Shown piece after piece: positions 11,739-24,490 of a stretch of 64,000 bases of DNA. The notes under the pieces were generated by a model, which was not told the origin of the DNA, searched no databases, and saw only the letters and a list, made by a program, of their open reading frames with translations. Source of the stretch: Eledone cirrhosa (Eukaryota); contig OZ024741.1 in NCBI GenBank assembly GCA_964016885.1, positions 234,980,001-235,044,000 on the forward strand, read 5' to 3'. A program made the translations under genes and the position numbers. Numbering within the stretch: the first letter of the stretch is position 1; every line of letters begins with the position of its first letter.

Positions 11739-12941
11739 CTCAGACTCAGAAGCTCCCGCGTCTTGCGACACATGAGGCAATCATAGTGTTCCACCGCGTT
11801 CGGTCAGCAGCCAGTTGCACAGCGTCCCGCCATTGTCTGTTTGTCGCTCGCAGGTCCCTCTCAACTGTCTGGCGCCAGTTCATATTGGGTCGCCCTCTCC
11901 GTCTGCTTCCCTGTGGGTTCCATTTAAGTACTTGGTTCGCCAGTCTCTCCGGGGGAAGTCTCAAAGCGTGCCCAAACCAGCCCAGGCGTCGCTTGCAGAT
12001 GGCAGAAGAGCCTAGCTGCTGGTTGGTGCGGTTCCTGACTTCCTGGTTTGTTACATGGTCACTCCATTTAATCCCCAGGATCTTTCGCAGACACCTGGAA
12101 TCGAATGCGTCCAACTTCTCTTGGCTGGTCTTAAAGTGCCATGTTTCACTTCCGTACAAGAGTGTGGACAGCACGTTGCTGTTGTAGAATCTCTTCTTTG
12201 TTTTGAGGGTGAACTTCCTGCTCTTCCAGATCTTGACAATCTGGTTAAATGCTGCTGAAGCCTTTCCCATTCTACATTGCAATTCACTGTCCATGGCGCC
12301 CCCATTGTCAATGGAGCTTCCTAGGTAGGTGAAGTTGTCCACTATCTCCACCTCCCCCTGTTCAATGAAAACACTAGTTGGTGATGGGTGTGTCCCAGAT
12401 AACATGCTTTTGGTCTTCTTAGCACTGATATTGAGACCTAAGCTTCCTGCTTCGACATTGATATTGTTCATAATGATTTGCAGGTCAGCTGTGCTCTCTG
12501 CAAGTGCAACAATATCGTCCGCAAAGTCCAGGTCAGACAACTTTTGCTCTCCCACCCAAGATATACCCTGGTCTTTAGACGCTCTTCTTAGTACCCAGTC
12601 AATGGCTATGGCAAAAAGAATTGGAGAGAGCGAGCAACCTTGACGCACACTAGTAACCACCTCAAACCAGTCACTGTAACCATCCTCTGTCCGTATGCAA
12701 CACTTGGAGTTTGCATAAATCTGTTTGATTGCCGAAATGACTTTCTGGGGCAGACCATACTCATGCATGATGCTCCAGAGTGACGGCCGATTAATGCTAT
12801 CGAATGCTTTGGAGAAATCGATGAAGCTGACGGCGAGGGGCCTCTGGAATTCGTTGTACCTCTCAATAATGTGGCGTAACGTAAAGATCTGCTCTGCACA
12901 GGAACGTTTTGGTCGGAACCCTGCCTGTTGTTCTCGCAGTT
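11739..12941 (-). mobile_element. 5'-truncated RTE-clade LINE
   Basis: TSD CAAAGTAGA (11730-11738 / 12942-12950); short (TCTGAG)n tail. Confidence 0.92.
11746..12768 (-). CDS. RTE reverse transcriptase C-terminal part (element fragment)
   Basis: [48 protein letters not shown]; frameshifted upstream. Confidence 0.9.
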
Positions 12942-12985
12942 CAAAGTAGAGTGTAATAATAATAATAATAATAAAAAGGACGATT

Positions 12986-13023
<38 letters not shown>

Positions 13024-13227
13024 AAAATATATCGTTTTTACAAAAACAATATAAAAATTGGTAGGTGGAGAAGTTAAAACACCTAAAAATACAGTAATTT
13101 ATAATAGTAAACAGTACAAAACGCTATGTTTCATACTTCCTTGAAAGATTTTTCCAACAAGCATGTGTACAAAATCCTATTGTGTTAAAAATAATACTTA
13201 CGCATGAAGCAAATTATTCATTAAAGT

Positions 13228-13430
13228 CTTGACCAAATACGTTTTTACATTAAATATTGATTTACGAACGTTTCGTCCCTTATTGGGACTTATGAAAATC
13301 AATTATTTATAAGTAAATATCTAATTATAAATCTTACCAAACGGCTCTACAGCTCTGATTTTGATAAGGCCTGATAAGGAACGAAACGATCGTAAGTCAA
13401 TATCTAATGTAAAAATGTATTTGGTAAGAA
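13228..13430. mobile_element. Fold-back insert with two decayed hammerheads
   Basis: Minus arm UUGAUU-(UUCAUAA)-GUCCC-aauaa-GGGAC-GAAAC-GUUC-GUA-AAUCAA; plus arm GAAAC-GAUC-GUA. Confidence 0.65.
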
Positions 13431-13934
13431 TAAAGTACCAGTAATGCATTGGTTAATTGCTGGCCTTGTGCCCAAAGTAGAATCAATTATATATATATAT
13501 ATATATATATAGGAACAGAGTCAGGACCTCGACGGCTGAGCGCCGACCGTTCGACAGCTATTTCTGAACTCAGAAATAGCTGTCGAAAAGACCGGAGCTC
13601 AGCCGTCGGGGCCCTGGCTCTTTTCCTATTTCCCACTCTGGTGCGTTATGGTCCATCTGGTTCCTTACCACACTTACTAAATATAATTTCAGCGAGATCG
13701 TATTTCGTCAAAAACAAAGCGAAACGAGATATGCGGCAAGCGCTCAATGGACTAAAAGAAGACCAGAGCAATTAACATACGTTATAGAGGCCAAACAAAC
13801 TGAAAACGGCGGTCATGAAGCTATCAGCCACCGGAGCCAAAAAAAACGAAGCAAGCTAAACAGGTTATATTTATATATATGTCTCTCCACCACTCCCCTA
13901 CACACCCTTTCAACTCTCTTCCCACACACTTTTC

Positions 13935-13966
13935 ACATGAAGAAGGGCTTATGCCCGAAACGTCGT
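13935..13966 (+). ncRNA. Minimal hammerhead, one core substitution
   Basis: AC-AUGAAGA-AGGGC-uuau-GCCC-GAAAC-GUC-GU. Confidence 0.6.
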
Positions 13967-14071
13967 TCCCCACCACCACCCCACTCTCAGGAGCGTGAAA
14001 TTAATAAACATTCGTTGTACTGCCTCTCTGTCTTGTTCCTGTTCAAATTTTCCATTATATATATATATATA

Positions 14072-14156
<85 letters not shown>

Positions 14157-14161
14157 GTATA

Positions 14162-14903
14162 TATGAAAATTAGAGTTAAAACTCAATTGGAACCCTGTAA
14201 CTATTAAGCTCAAAGTATAAATACTGAGCCGATTAATAATATATAGTAAGAAACACAGTAAACCGTGTGTCAAACACACTCAGGGCGAAACAGATTAGGG
14301 ATAATCTGTCCGAGAGATATAATGGTTATTGAGGCGGGTTGTATATTTTATCATTCTGTCTGCTTCTTGGTTAAATATTTCAAACAAATGTGGTTTTTCA
14401 ACCCTTGTAATTTTAGACACACGGTTTACTGTGTTTCTTACTATATATTATTAATCGGCTCAGTATTTATACTTTGAGCTTAATAGTTACAGGGTTCCAA
14501 TTGAGTTTTAACTCTAATTTTCATATATATTTCTGCTCCCTCACAAGTTGAGCTTATTAAGTTGTGTGTGTTGGACTGTTATTTCTATTCAATACACGCT
14601 TACCACGTTTGACTAGCGGCGCACGAGGTGACAAATTCATCTTTCTGTGTGAACGTTGGCAAATAGTGTTTGTGGCATTTAATCAGATTCTCTCGCTGAT
14701 GAAGCCCATGATTATCTGTTACAAACACACTCAGGGCGAAACAGATTAGGGATAATCTGTCCGAGAGATATAATGGTTATTGAGGCGGTTTGTATATTTT
14801 ATCATTCTGTCTGCTTCTTGGTTAAATATTTCAAACAAATGTGGTTTTTCAACCCTTGTAATTTTAGACACACGGTTTACTGTGTTTCTTACTATATATT
14901 ATA
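14162..14903 (+). mobile_element. Non-coding hammerhead element: inverted stub plus ~1.4 tandem units (451-bp period)
   Basis: 14271-14450 repeats at 14722-14901; 14162-14269 is the inverse of 14418-14527. Confidence 0.85.
14689..14768 (+). ncRNA. Complete canonical type-I hammerhead ribozyme; predicted cleavage after GUC at 14761
   Basis: UCUCUCG-CUGAUGA-A-GCCC..GGGC-GAAA-CAGAUUA-ggga-UAAUCUG-UC-CGAGAGA; all three stems pair perfectly. Confidence 0.92.
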
Positions 14904-14913
14904 TATATATATG

Positions 14914-14944
<31 letters not shown>

Positions 14945-15312
14945 GTAGGTCTGGTGCTATCAATGGTCTAACTAGACACCTAGGTGCAGACACATTAGTA
15001 AACGTTATAGGAGTCACAGCTTTATACAAATGTGTACAAATGAAATAAATGTATAATTGTTTCTACTATTGGCACAAGGCCAGAAATTACCCAGTACATT
15101 ACTGGTACTTTATTTTATCGACCCCGTAAGGATGAAAGGCAAAGTTAACATCGGCGGGATTTGTAATGTATAATAAATGTATAATAATTTCCTTCGGTTA
15201 ATGAATATATCATAAAAAATATTTCTACTTTTCTGCCCATTGGTTTTCGATCTATTGTATGTATATACATTTGTTTCATTTATTAACTATACATATATGT
15301 ACGTGTGCGCAT

Positions 15313-15456
<144 letters not shown>

Positions 15457-15499
15457 CACCCCCACCCCCCCACACACAGAGATATAGCAATATGTATAT

Positions 15500-16289
15500 A
15501 ATTGAAAAAGTGAAGAATAACATGGTCAACAGTATAAACAAGGAAATTTATTTACAGTCTAACAATTGTTTCTATGATGGAGTTTACTAAAAATTGCTAA
15601 ACACTGAAGTTAGTTGCACTCAATTTAAAATACATGCAACCTCGATCATTTCGTCAGAGAACTGAGAAAAAATATATATATATATGCGTAACGGTAAATT
15701 TATAAATTCAAATTACTACATCAATAATAATATTAATAATAAAGATATAGAGAGAAATAAAGGAAGGCGGACAGATAGAAAAGAGGGGGAAAAGAAAGAC
15801 GAAAGAGAAAACGAAAATACAGTTAAATGTATAACCGACAAAATTACGAAATCAAACTATCACATCAAAATAAAGATAATATTAATAATAAAGATACAGA
15901 TAGAAAGTTAGATAGATAAGTATAGATAGATAAATTTACCGTTACGCATATATTTTGTATTTTTTCTCAGTTCTCTGACGAAATGATCGAGGTTGCATGT
16001 ATTTTAAATTGAGTGCCACTAACTTCAGTGTTTAGCAATTTTTAGACAACTCCATCATAGAAACAATTGTTAGACTGTAAATAAATTTCCTTGTTTATAC
16101 TGTTGACCATGTTATTCTTCACTTTTTCAATTTTATTACTCCAAGATGTACTTAGACAGGAATACAAGTGCAGTCATAAACTCGTCATCCACGTAAACCT
16201 CTTGTTGAGTCACACAGCACCGTACGCTTAAACAATCCATAAGTAGTTTTCACAACCTCTTATCGGATTACCTTTAACGATATATTGTT

Positions 16290-16292
<3 letters not shown>
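15500..16292. mobile_element. Fold-back insert, hammerheads with ~78-nt stem II
   Basis: Arms 15500-15705 / 15930-16132. Plus hammerhead 15968-16077: CAGUUCU-CUGACGA..GAAAC-AAUU-GUU-AGACUG. Confidence 0.8.
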
Positions 16293-16328
<36 letters not shown>

Positions 16329-16331
16329 ATC

Positions 16332-16436
<105 letters not shown>

Positions 16437-16546
16437 CATTTTGTATTTACCGCTGTGACCCTACCTGCTTTGGTCGATCTGTGTTCCCTCCACACTTTCG
16501 CATCGACCTTCCCTCCTCTCTTCCCTTCTCCTCCTCACTCTCGTTT

Positions 16547-16591
<45 letters not shown>

Positions 16592-17228
16592 CCCCCGTTC
16601 GATTTTGATTGTTGACAGGTTTACACGTGCCGTGGTGGACGCTCTGTCCGCAATCTTTGCGGCACGTTTTTACCACCGTCGTAAAAAAAACCCTTCTGGA
16701 TTATCTCCCTTTCCCTTCTCCTCCTCACTTTTGGTTGCTCGTGTCTCTCTCTCACTTTCTCCTGTCTATGTGAGAGGCAGCACGATTATACCAGCTCTGA
16801 GTCGTAGCTGACCCCCAGGCTAAAGTCTCCCAGGTTGGCCACAACTTACTTTCCCTATTTTTCCACGGTTACCTTTTTGCATGTTTCTTTCACCTGTGTC
16901 TTCCCACGATGGGATCTGTACACTTTTTTCTCCTATTCCTTTCCTATTTTTCCCCTTCTTCCTCTCTCCTCATACCCCCCCCCCCCCCTGTCCTTCCTCC
17001 TTTCCCTCTCTTTCCTTTTCTCTCTCCTTTTTTTCTCCCCCTTTTTTTCTCTCTTTCTCTCTCCTTTTCCACCTGGCCTTTTGATTAATAAAAGGCCTCG
17101 GGCGCACCCGAACTACACCGATGTCCTGTAATTCAGCGCCGAAACATCGGTCCGGGAAACATTTACAGCTGACGATGAAAACTCCTTTCTTCCTTTCTCC
17201 TCCTGTTCCGTCCCAACCACCATCCTAA

Positions 17229-17278
<50 letters not shown>

Positions 17279-17310
17279 TACATATCAGCGACAAAAAAAC
17301 CTCTCTGTGA

Positions 17311-17368
<58 letters not shown>

Positions 17369-17551
17369 TAATTATGAATATTTGCTATTTTAGGTTGTTT
17401 AACTAGGAATTTACCGATCGGTAACTTAGTAAAAGTTATTCTATATGTATACTCTTTTCTGAATGATAATTTTAGGTATCTTTTCATTGAGGTGCTTCTG
17501 TGTATCAGCGACAAATAATCTCTCCGTGATATATATATATATATATATATA

Positions 17552-19030
17552 TTAAAATATAAGTATTAATAAAATAGATGTTCTTTTGATTAATTACATT
17601 TTATTATACATATTTCGGATGTACAACAGTACGTCCTCATCAGACAAAATATAATTGTTTCTTTGTTAGGCACAAGGCCAGCAATTACCCAGTGTATTAC
17701 TGGTACTTTATTTTATCGACCCCGTAAGAATGAAAGGCAAAGTTAACCTCGGCGGGATTTGAACTCAGAATGGCAAGGGCCGTACTCTATGCGGCACAAA
17801 ATATAATGATACATGACATACCCTGAGATATTAAATGGTTAAGATTTAATCAAGGTAGTGATTACCCGATAGAAAATTTTGCTTATATACTATCTGTGTG
17901 AGAGTGCGAAAACGTAATGAATTCATTAGAGAATGTGTGAGTAAGAAAAAACGTTGCATACTTAAAGTGTTCTAAAACTTTAAATTGTATGATACGATAA
18001 TATCTATGGAAACGTGTCGTGAATCATAACAGCCAGTGATAGCCACTGGAAAAAGATTTATAAGGAGGGAAAGATAAACTGGGGTGTGTGTGTGTGTGTG
18101 GGGGGGGGGGGGGTTCGAAAGTTAAACGGTTAGAATTTGGAAATATTTAATTTATAATATTAATGTGAAGACTCAAGATTTCAGGATTATTTACTATTTA
18201 ATTATATATTATTTATATAAATTCGATAAATGTGTTATCATTTCTAAACTTCTGAATTGGGAGAATAACATTTTAAAGGATTTAGCTGGCACGTAAAGAA
18301 TGAAATATTATACTGTTGATTAATTACCTAACTCTAAACTTTAACAAATATCTCAACATATTAGGTATGTAAATCTTTTGAAGTACTTATTGTTATAAAT
18401 ATTTGAATAACTATTATGTATATAGGTATATATTAATGAGTCAATAAGGTAAAAATAAAATAAAATATGTTACAGATAAAATTTATACATATGTATAATT
18501 ATTCTTCAACCAAGATATCAACGTATTATTAGATATAGGGATGTATATATATAGATATATATTAGGTATATATTAGGTATATATTAGTGGCTATCACTGG
18601 CTGTTATGATTCACGACACGTTTCCATAGATATTATCGTATCATACAATTTAAAGTTTTAGAACACTTTAAGCATGCAACGTTTTTTCTTACTCACACAT
18701 TCTCTAATGAATTCATTACGTTTTCGCACTCTCACACAGATAGTATATAAGCAAAATTTTCTATCGGGTAATCACTACCTTGATTAAATCTTAACCATTT
18801 AATATCTCAGGGTATGTCATGTATCATTATATTTTGTCTGATGAGGACGTACTGTTGTACATCCGAAATATGTATAATAAAATATAATTGATCAAAAGAA
18901 CATCTATTTTATTAATACTTATATTTTATATATTAATAACTCCTGAAAATTATTTCTCGTTGAGTGCTTCCAATCTACTGTAAAACTCATTCTTTGACAT
19001 AATCATCGAATATTGTTTAACAACTTAATA

Positions 19031-19035
<5 letters not shown>
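17552..19035. mobile_element. Penelope-like insert with long inverted arms; SINE in the left arm
   Basis: 17552-18047 is the inverse of 18587-18930; another copy at 49992-50373. Confidence 0.8.
18830..18884 (+). ncRNA. Type-I hammerhead ribozyme
   Basis: UAUUUUGU-CUGAUGA-GGACGUAC-uguu-GUACAUCC-GAAA-UAUGU-AUA-AUAAAAUA; mirror copy at ~17597-17651(-). Confidence 0.85.
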
Positions 19036-19109
<74 letters not shown>

Positions 19110-20429
19110 GAGAGATTATTTGTCGCTGATACACAGAAGCACCTCAATGAAAAGATACCTAAAATTATCATTCAGAAAAGAGTATACATATAGAATAACT
19201 TTTACTAAGTTACCGATTGGTAAATTCCTAGTTAAATAACCTAAAATAACAAATATTCATAATTAATCTCTTTCTTACCGTTGTTTCGATTATCAAGAAA
19301 CAGTATTGGCCATTTCAATAATAATAAAACGGACAATACCGAAGAAGACATATTTACTTGTTAGTAAACGGAATTAATCCTTATCAATCAACTTTCAAAG
19401 AATGGTCAATGCTGTTTCTTGATAATCAAAACCGCGGTAAGGGCGAGATTAATGGTGAAGCTGTCTCGTTTTAGGTTGCTTTACTAGGAATATATCCGTC
19501 GGTAATTTTATAAAAAATGTTCTCGTCACACAAAATTCTAAATGCTATAAATTAATGTTTTCTCTCTAGTCTCTTATTCCAATGGAAAGCGTTTGGCTTA
19601 TGTCAGACGATGTGACCCCGGGTGGACCAGCAGTACCGTTGGTAGGGGTCGAAACTGCCAAAGTCCATCTCAACGGCCGATGACCACGGAGTTCTGTGTC
19701 CTTCGTTTGTATTTCTTTTTTTTTTTCATAATTTTTTGAAGTTTTGCCTTAAAAAATTTGGTTTACGTTTTATTTTGTTTCTGTTCGTTGTCTTGTCATC
19801 TCTGTTAATTTTCTTAAGTTTAAGTAATCGATCATAAAACATTTTATACTTTACAATTGTTTCAACACACCCCTTAGGAAAATACAAAGCCAGCATATAT
19901 ATAATAATAAAAATAATAAGCATATCAAAATAACCAAAGTCAGTGAACACCCAAGATAGATAAATAGTTAGCTAGCTAGTTAGATAGATAGATAAATGGA
20001 TAGGTAGATAGATAGATAGATAAATGTAACATCTATTATAAAGTGAAGTGGGGTGCTTCACAGAAAAAGAAAAAGAAAACAAACCATAAGACGACGTGAA
20101 ATAGAGACGTCGTTGGTGAGGGTGAAGATAGAGAAAGAAACTGGGTTACACACATGCACGCATACACACATGAACGCATACACACATGCACGTATACACA
20201 CATTCACGGGCACACACGCCATTGCTTCTACCTTCCATACACTAACGGGCATCCATCAAGATATTCTAACGATTCACTATTAGTGTGAATATGAAATACA
20301 TGTTTCTGTTTGTGTTTGTATGTGTGTGCGTACGAATGTACGCATATGTTTCGTATGCGTACATGTTTGTGTGTATATTGTGTATGTATTAGTCTGCATT
20401 AAAGTATATGTCTGTTTTATATTCATGTA

Positions 20430-20504
<75 letters not shown>

Positions 20505-20508
<4 letters not shown>

Positions 20509-21373
20509 GTAGAACACTGGAAATTAATATCCGTAGTGGTAGAGCACTCAGTCCATGGGACGAGTTAATTCACCATATCGAGAACAATTGTTTCACCTTA
20601 GTGGATCCTCAGCTCGCAATGGACATGGTTATACGGAACAGGAAAGACAACCGTACGAACGCACATGCGCAGAAACGGTCACTTTTCTTAGGCAATACTA
20701 AATTACGTGCGAGAGGTGTAAGGGAGATAACTGTGAAAGTCCGAAACTTTCTAGTTGATAAGAAAATTAGGATGTTGTTGTAATTCAATCCGGAGCTTTG
20801 TAGTTATGTAAGAGGTGTTTCCAGACGTGTGGACAACGTGTGAAGAATTAATTTCATGAGTTTAGGCAATCGCTATTGCGTAATCGCTTTAGAATATTTA
20901 TTCGTTCATCAATACATAGTCCACACGACGGATTTCTCCTTGCGTATGGCACCAGGGTGCTCTTGTCGTAAGCCCGAAGCTTGTCCCCTTCAACAGCAAT
21001 GCAACACACCCGCTGCAGTTTATGAAACTGTGGTCACTTCCAACCGACCAAATCAACCACAGGAGGTCAAATCCTATGTGGGTATGGCGGGGGGGGGGGG
21101 GATTTAAGGAACGCTTCCAGAACCACCAGTCGACCTTTAGGTACCCGGACAGACGTTCATCCACGAAACTCGCGAGCCACGTATGGTCCCTCAAGGACTC
21201 AGGTATAGACTACTCCATTCAATGGAAAGCCATCACTAAGTCCAAGCCATACGCAGGGGGCAATCTGTCGTGTGGACTATGTATTGACGAACGAATAAAT
21301 ATTCTAAAGAGATTACGCAATAGTGATTACCTAAACTCAAGAAATGAATTCTTCACGTTGTCCACACGTCTGG

Positions 21374-21376
<3 letters not shown>
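20505..21376 (+). mobile_element. Penelope-like element fragment with inverted pLTR
   Basis: 20818-20930 is the inverse of 21266-21376; hammerhead 20579-20616(-) CGAG-CUGAGGA..GAAAC-AAUU-GUU-CUCG. Confidence 0.85.
20955..21375 (+). pseudogene. Penelope GIY-YIG endonuclease (frameshift in poly-G)
   Basis: CSCRKPEACPLQQQC..AVYETVV..SYVGMA..FKERFQNHQSTF..LASHVWSLK..CGLCIDER..LNSRNE. Confidence 0.88.
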
Positions 21377-21411
<35 letters not shown>

Positions 21412-21413
<2 letters not shown>

Positions 21414-21723
21414 CCGTAGAAGAGTGCTCTATGTATAGTACAGAGCTATTCAATTTCATAATAAACAACACAATATAATTATTCCATTAGCAAAGGTTTC
21501 AGGAAACTAGACGATCTTAACAGAAACGTCCAGTACGCTCATCAGATGAAATATCTCTGTTTTGGATATAACATTTTAAATTGGTATCTATTAAGAATGA
21601 AAGTCAGGCTGAATAAAAATAACGGAAAAAAAAACATGTACACACAGATTAAGATATACATACATGCCTATACACATAAAAATACATGCGCGCATCTATA
21701 CGTACATATATACATACACACGC

Positions 21724-21794
<71 letters not shown>

Positions 21795-22130
21795 AAGAGT
21801 GAAAAATAACATGGTCGGCTGTACAAAAAGGGTTTTATTTACAGCATTAACAATTGTTTCATTGATCAGGTGAGTTTAAAGGCCGCTAATCACTCGAAGT
21901 TGCGTCACTCGACATTACATACAGTGTGTGTCTCTAATCAAATCATCGGAATACTGGCTCATCACTCTTTCACTACTATTATTCCAAAAATAATCTGCAT
22001 GGGAATTCTCGCAAACTCGCTACCTAAGGAAACCTCTTATTGAGTCAAACAACGCCGTACGTTAAAACTATCCATAGTACAGAGTACTCACAACCTCTAA
22101 CTGGATTACCTAAAATGATAACTTGTTATC

Positions 22131-22219
<89 letters not shown>

Positions 22220-22494
22220 CATATATATATATATATATATACAGACATATATATATATATATACTCACACTTGTCTCTATATGTGTATTTTTCCGTTATT
22301 TTTTATTCAGCCTCACTTTCATTTTTAATAGATATTAATTTCAAATCTTATATCCAAAATATAAATATTGAGGGTGGAGTCTTCGACTTGGCCTGAGCAT
22401 GGACTCAAACTCAAATGAAATGAATTCCATCTGATGAGCGTACTGGACGTTTCTGTTAGGATCGTCTAGTTTCCTGAAACCTTTGGTAATGGAA

Positions 22495-22500
<6 letters not shown>
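21412..22500. mobile_element. Family D fold-back insert containing a nested insert at 21791-22132
   Basis: Arms 21475-21550 / 22425-22500; hammerhead 22424-22495(+) AUUCCAU-CUGAUGA..GAAA-CC-uuu-GG-UA-AUGGAAU. The nested element has a hammerhead at 21842-21956(-). Confidence 0.8.
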
Positions 22501-22549
<49 letters not shown>

Positions 22550-22553
<4 letters not shown>

Positions 22554-22937
22554 TTAATAAATAAGGATCAGTGTTGCATCATATACATATTTTATTACAT
22601 ATTACATATGTTTCACTGTCGATCAGCTCGAGGAATGATCTATTAATGATCGAACCTGACTCTGGGATCTGAAGTTCCTCAGATATGTTTTAACATGTAC
22701 ACTCGTGTCTACATATCTGAGGAGCTTCCGATCCCAGAGTCAGGTTCGATCATTAATGGATCGTTCCTCGAGCTGATCGACAGTGAAACACATGTAATAT
22801 GTAATTAAATATGTATATGATGCAACACTGATTCTTTGTTCCCTAATATATTAATGTTATTGATACTCTGCTTCCCTGTAGCATCGAGTGCTCATTCGCC
22901 ATACCGCCTATGGGCGCAATTAATTTGCACCTTAATA

Positions 22938-22940
<3 letters not shown>
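22550..22940. mobile_element. Fold-back insert, hammerhead with extended stem II
   Basis: Plus hammerhead 22710-22803: UACAUAU-CUGAGGA..GAAAC-ACAU-GUA-AUAUGUA; inverted twin at ~22597-22687. Confidence 0.82.
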
Positions 22941-22976
<36 letters not shown>

Positions 22977-22979
<3 letters not shown>

Positions 22980-23150
22980 TTTTAATATAGATGAGATTCT
23001 ACAGGACTAGAACTGTTTCATTCTTTAGAAATCATCAGGAATGAAACAGTTCTAGTCCTGTAGAATCTCATCTATATTAAAACTTTTATACTCTGCAATG
23101 TATTGAGTACCTTACTTACTGTGGTTACCTCCGATTCAACCCGGAATAAC

Positions 23151-23152
<2 letters not shown>
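22977..23152. mobile_element. Family C fold-back insert with hammerhead 22996-23042(-)
   Basis: AUUC-CUGAUGA-UUUC-uaaa-GAAU-GAAA-CAG..CUG-UA-GAAU. Confidence 0.75.
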
Positions 23153-23242
<90 letters not shown>

Positions 23243-23244
<2 letters not shown>

Positions 23245-23650
23245 AAAGTTATATTTAAAATTGTTGGGTTACAACTAGTAAATATTTATAACTGATATAA
23301 AAGCACTCGACAAATATTTGGAGTATATATACAATATTAAATAAATGGAAACTATATTTATAAAACCATATTTATTTCATTATACATATTTCGGGGATAT
23401 CATATTAACAATATGCTATGCCTTCCTCAGACAAAATTTTGAGGAGGTCAAACTGGCAGTTTGACCTCCTCAAATGCAAGTCGGTGTTATAACGGTATGT
23501 CGAATCTATTTATCTATAAAACTGTTTATATTGTATTTTGTCTGAGGAAGGGATAGCATATTGTTAATATGATATCCCCGAAATATGTATAATGAAATAA
23601 ATATGGTTTTATAAATATAGTTTCCATTTATTTAATATTGTAATATTGTA
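23243..23650. mobile_element. Family A variant fold-back insert with hammerhead 23534-23599(+)
   Basis: UAUUUUGU-CUGAGGA-AGGGAUAgCAUAUU..AAUAUGaUAUCCCC-GAAA-UAUGU-AUA-AUGAAAUA. Confidence 0.8.
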
Positions 23651-23882
23651 TATATATATATATATTTGTTTGTTTAGATGTCTCGCTCGCTTCACTCTAT
23701 TTTACGTGTCCCAATAACTTTTTTTAGTTATTGCTCGCACCAGCCAGAGGTATATGATCTTTAATACGAAGAAGTATCAATGACGGTTGGAAGATCACTG
23801 ATGACGGACTAATTTTATTCATATATATATATATATAAAATAACAGGAGGCTGGACTGGTGTAAATCCTTGAAAAGTTTATT

Positions 23883-23940
23883 ATACTATGATCATTTCAA
23901 GGACCGGGTTCCGTATCAATCCGGTGATATCATCAGGTAT
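23883..23940 (-). ncRNA. Type-I hammerhead ribozyme candidate
   Basis: AUAC-CUGAUGA-..ACCGG..CCGGU..-GAAAU-GAUC-AUA-GUAU. Confidence 0.65.
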
Positions 23941-24142
23941 TCGAAATATAACAAAGGAATATATAAAATCCATGGGTCAGAAAATCAGAGACAGAGAGGA
24001 CGACTGACCAACTAGCTGCTTTCACCTCGGTCAGTCGCCCTCAAGTGGCGACTGACCGAGGGGTGAGTCTTGTACTCTCAGTACAAGGTCACGGAAACGG
24101 GAATAAACACTGGCCTGGTGGATCTCTGGGCTTGAGACATAC

Positions 24143-24187
<45 letters not shown>

Positions 24188-24433
24188 TGAGTTTGAGTGT
24201 GTGTGTGTGCGTGCGTGTATGTATGTGTATGTGTGTGTGTGAGAGGAAGTCAAACAAATAGATAGATAGACAGACAGATAGATCGATAGTCGACAGGCAA
24301 TCAGGCAGACAGCTAATTAGAGGGCCTGGATGAGATGATATTGTAAAAGAATAAATAAGTCAAAATATGAAGTAGGCAAAAATAAAAAGGAGAGATTAGG
24401 TAGGGAGAAAGAAGGATGTACGGAAAGACGTTT

Positions 24434-24490
<57 letters not shown>

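Noticed and set aside
18050-18560. Possible decayed Penelope RT on the minus strand
   Set aside because: Only a faint YIDD-like trace among many stops; not supportable by eye.
23778-23808. SECIS-like AUGA..GA motif
   Set aside because: The helix between the putative quartet halves is too short, and there is no linked UGA-containing ORF.
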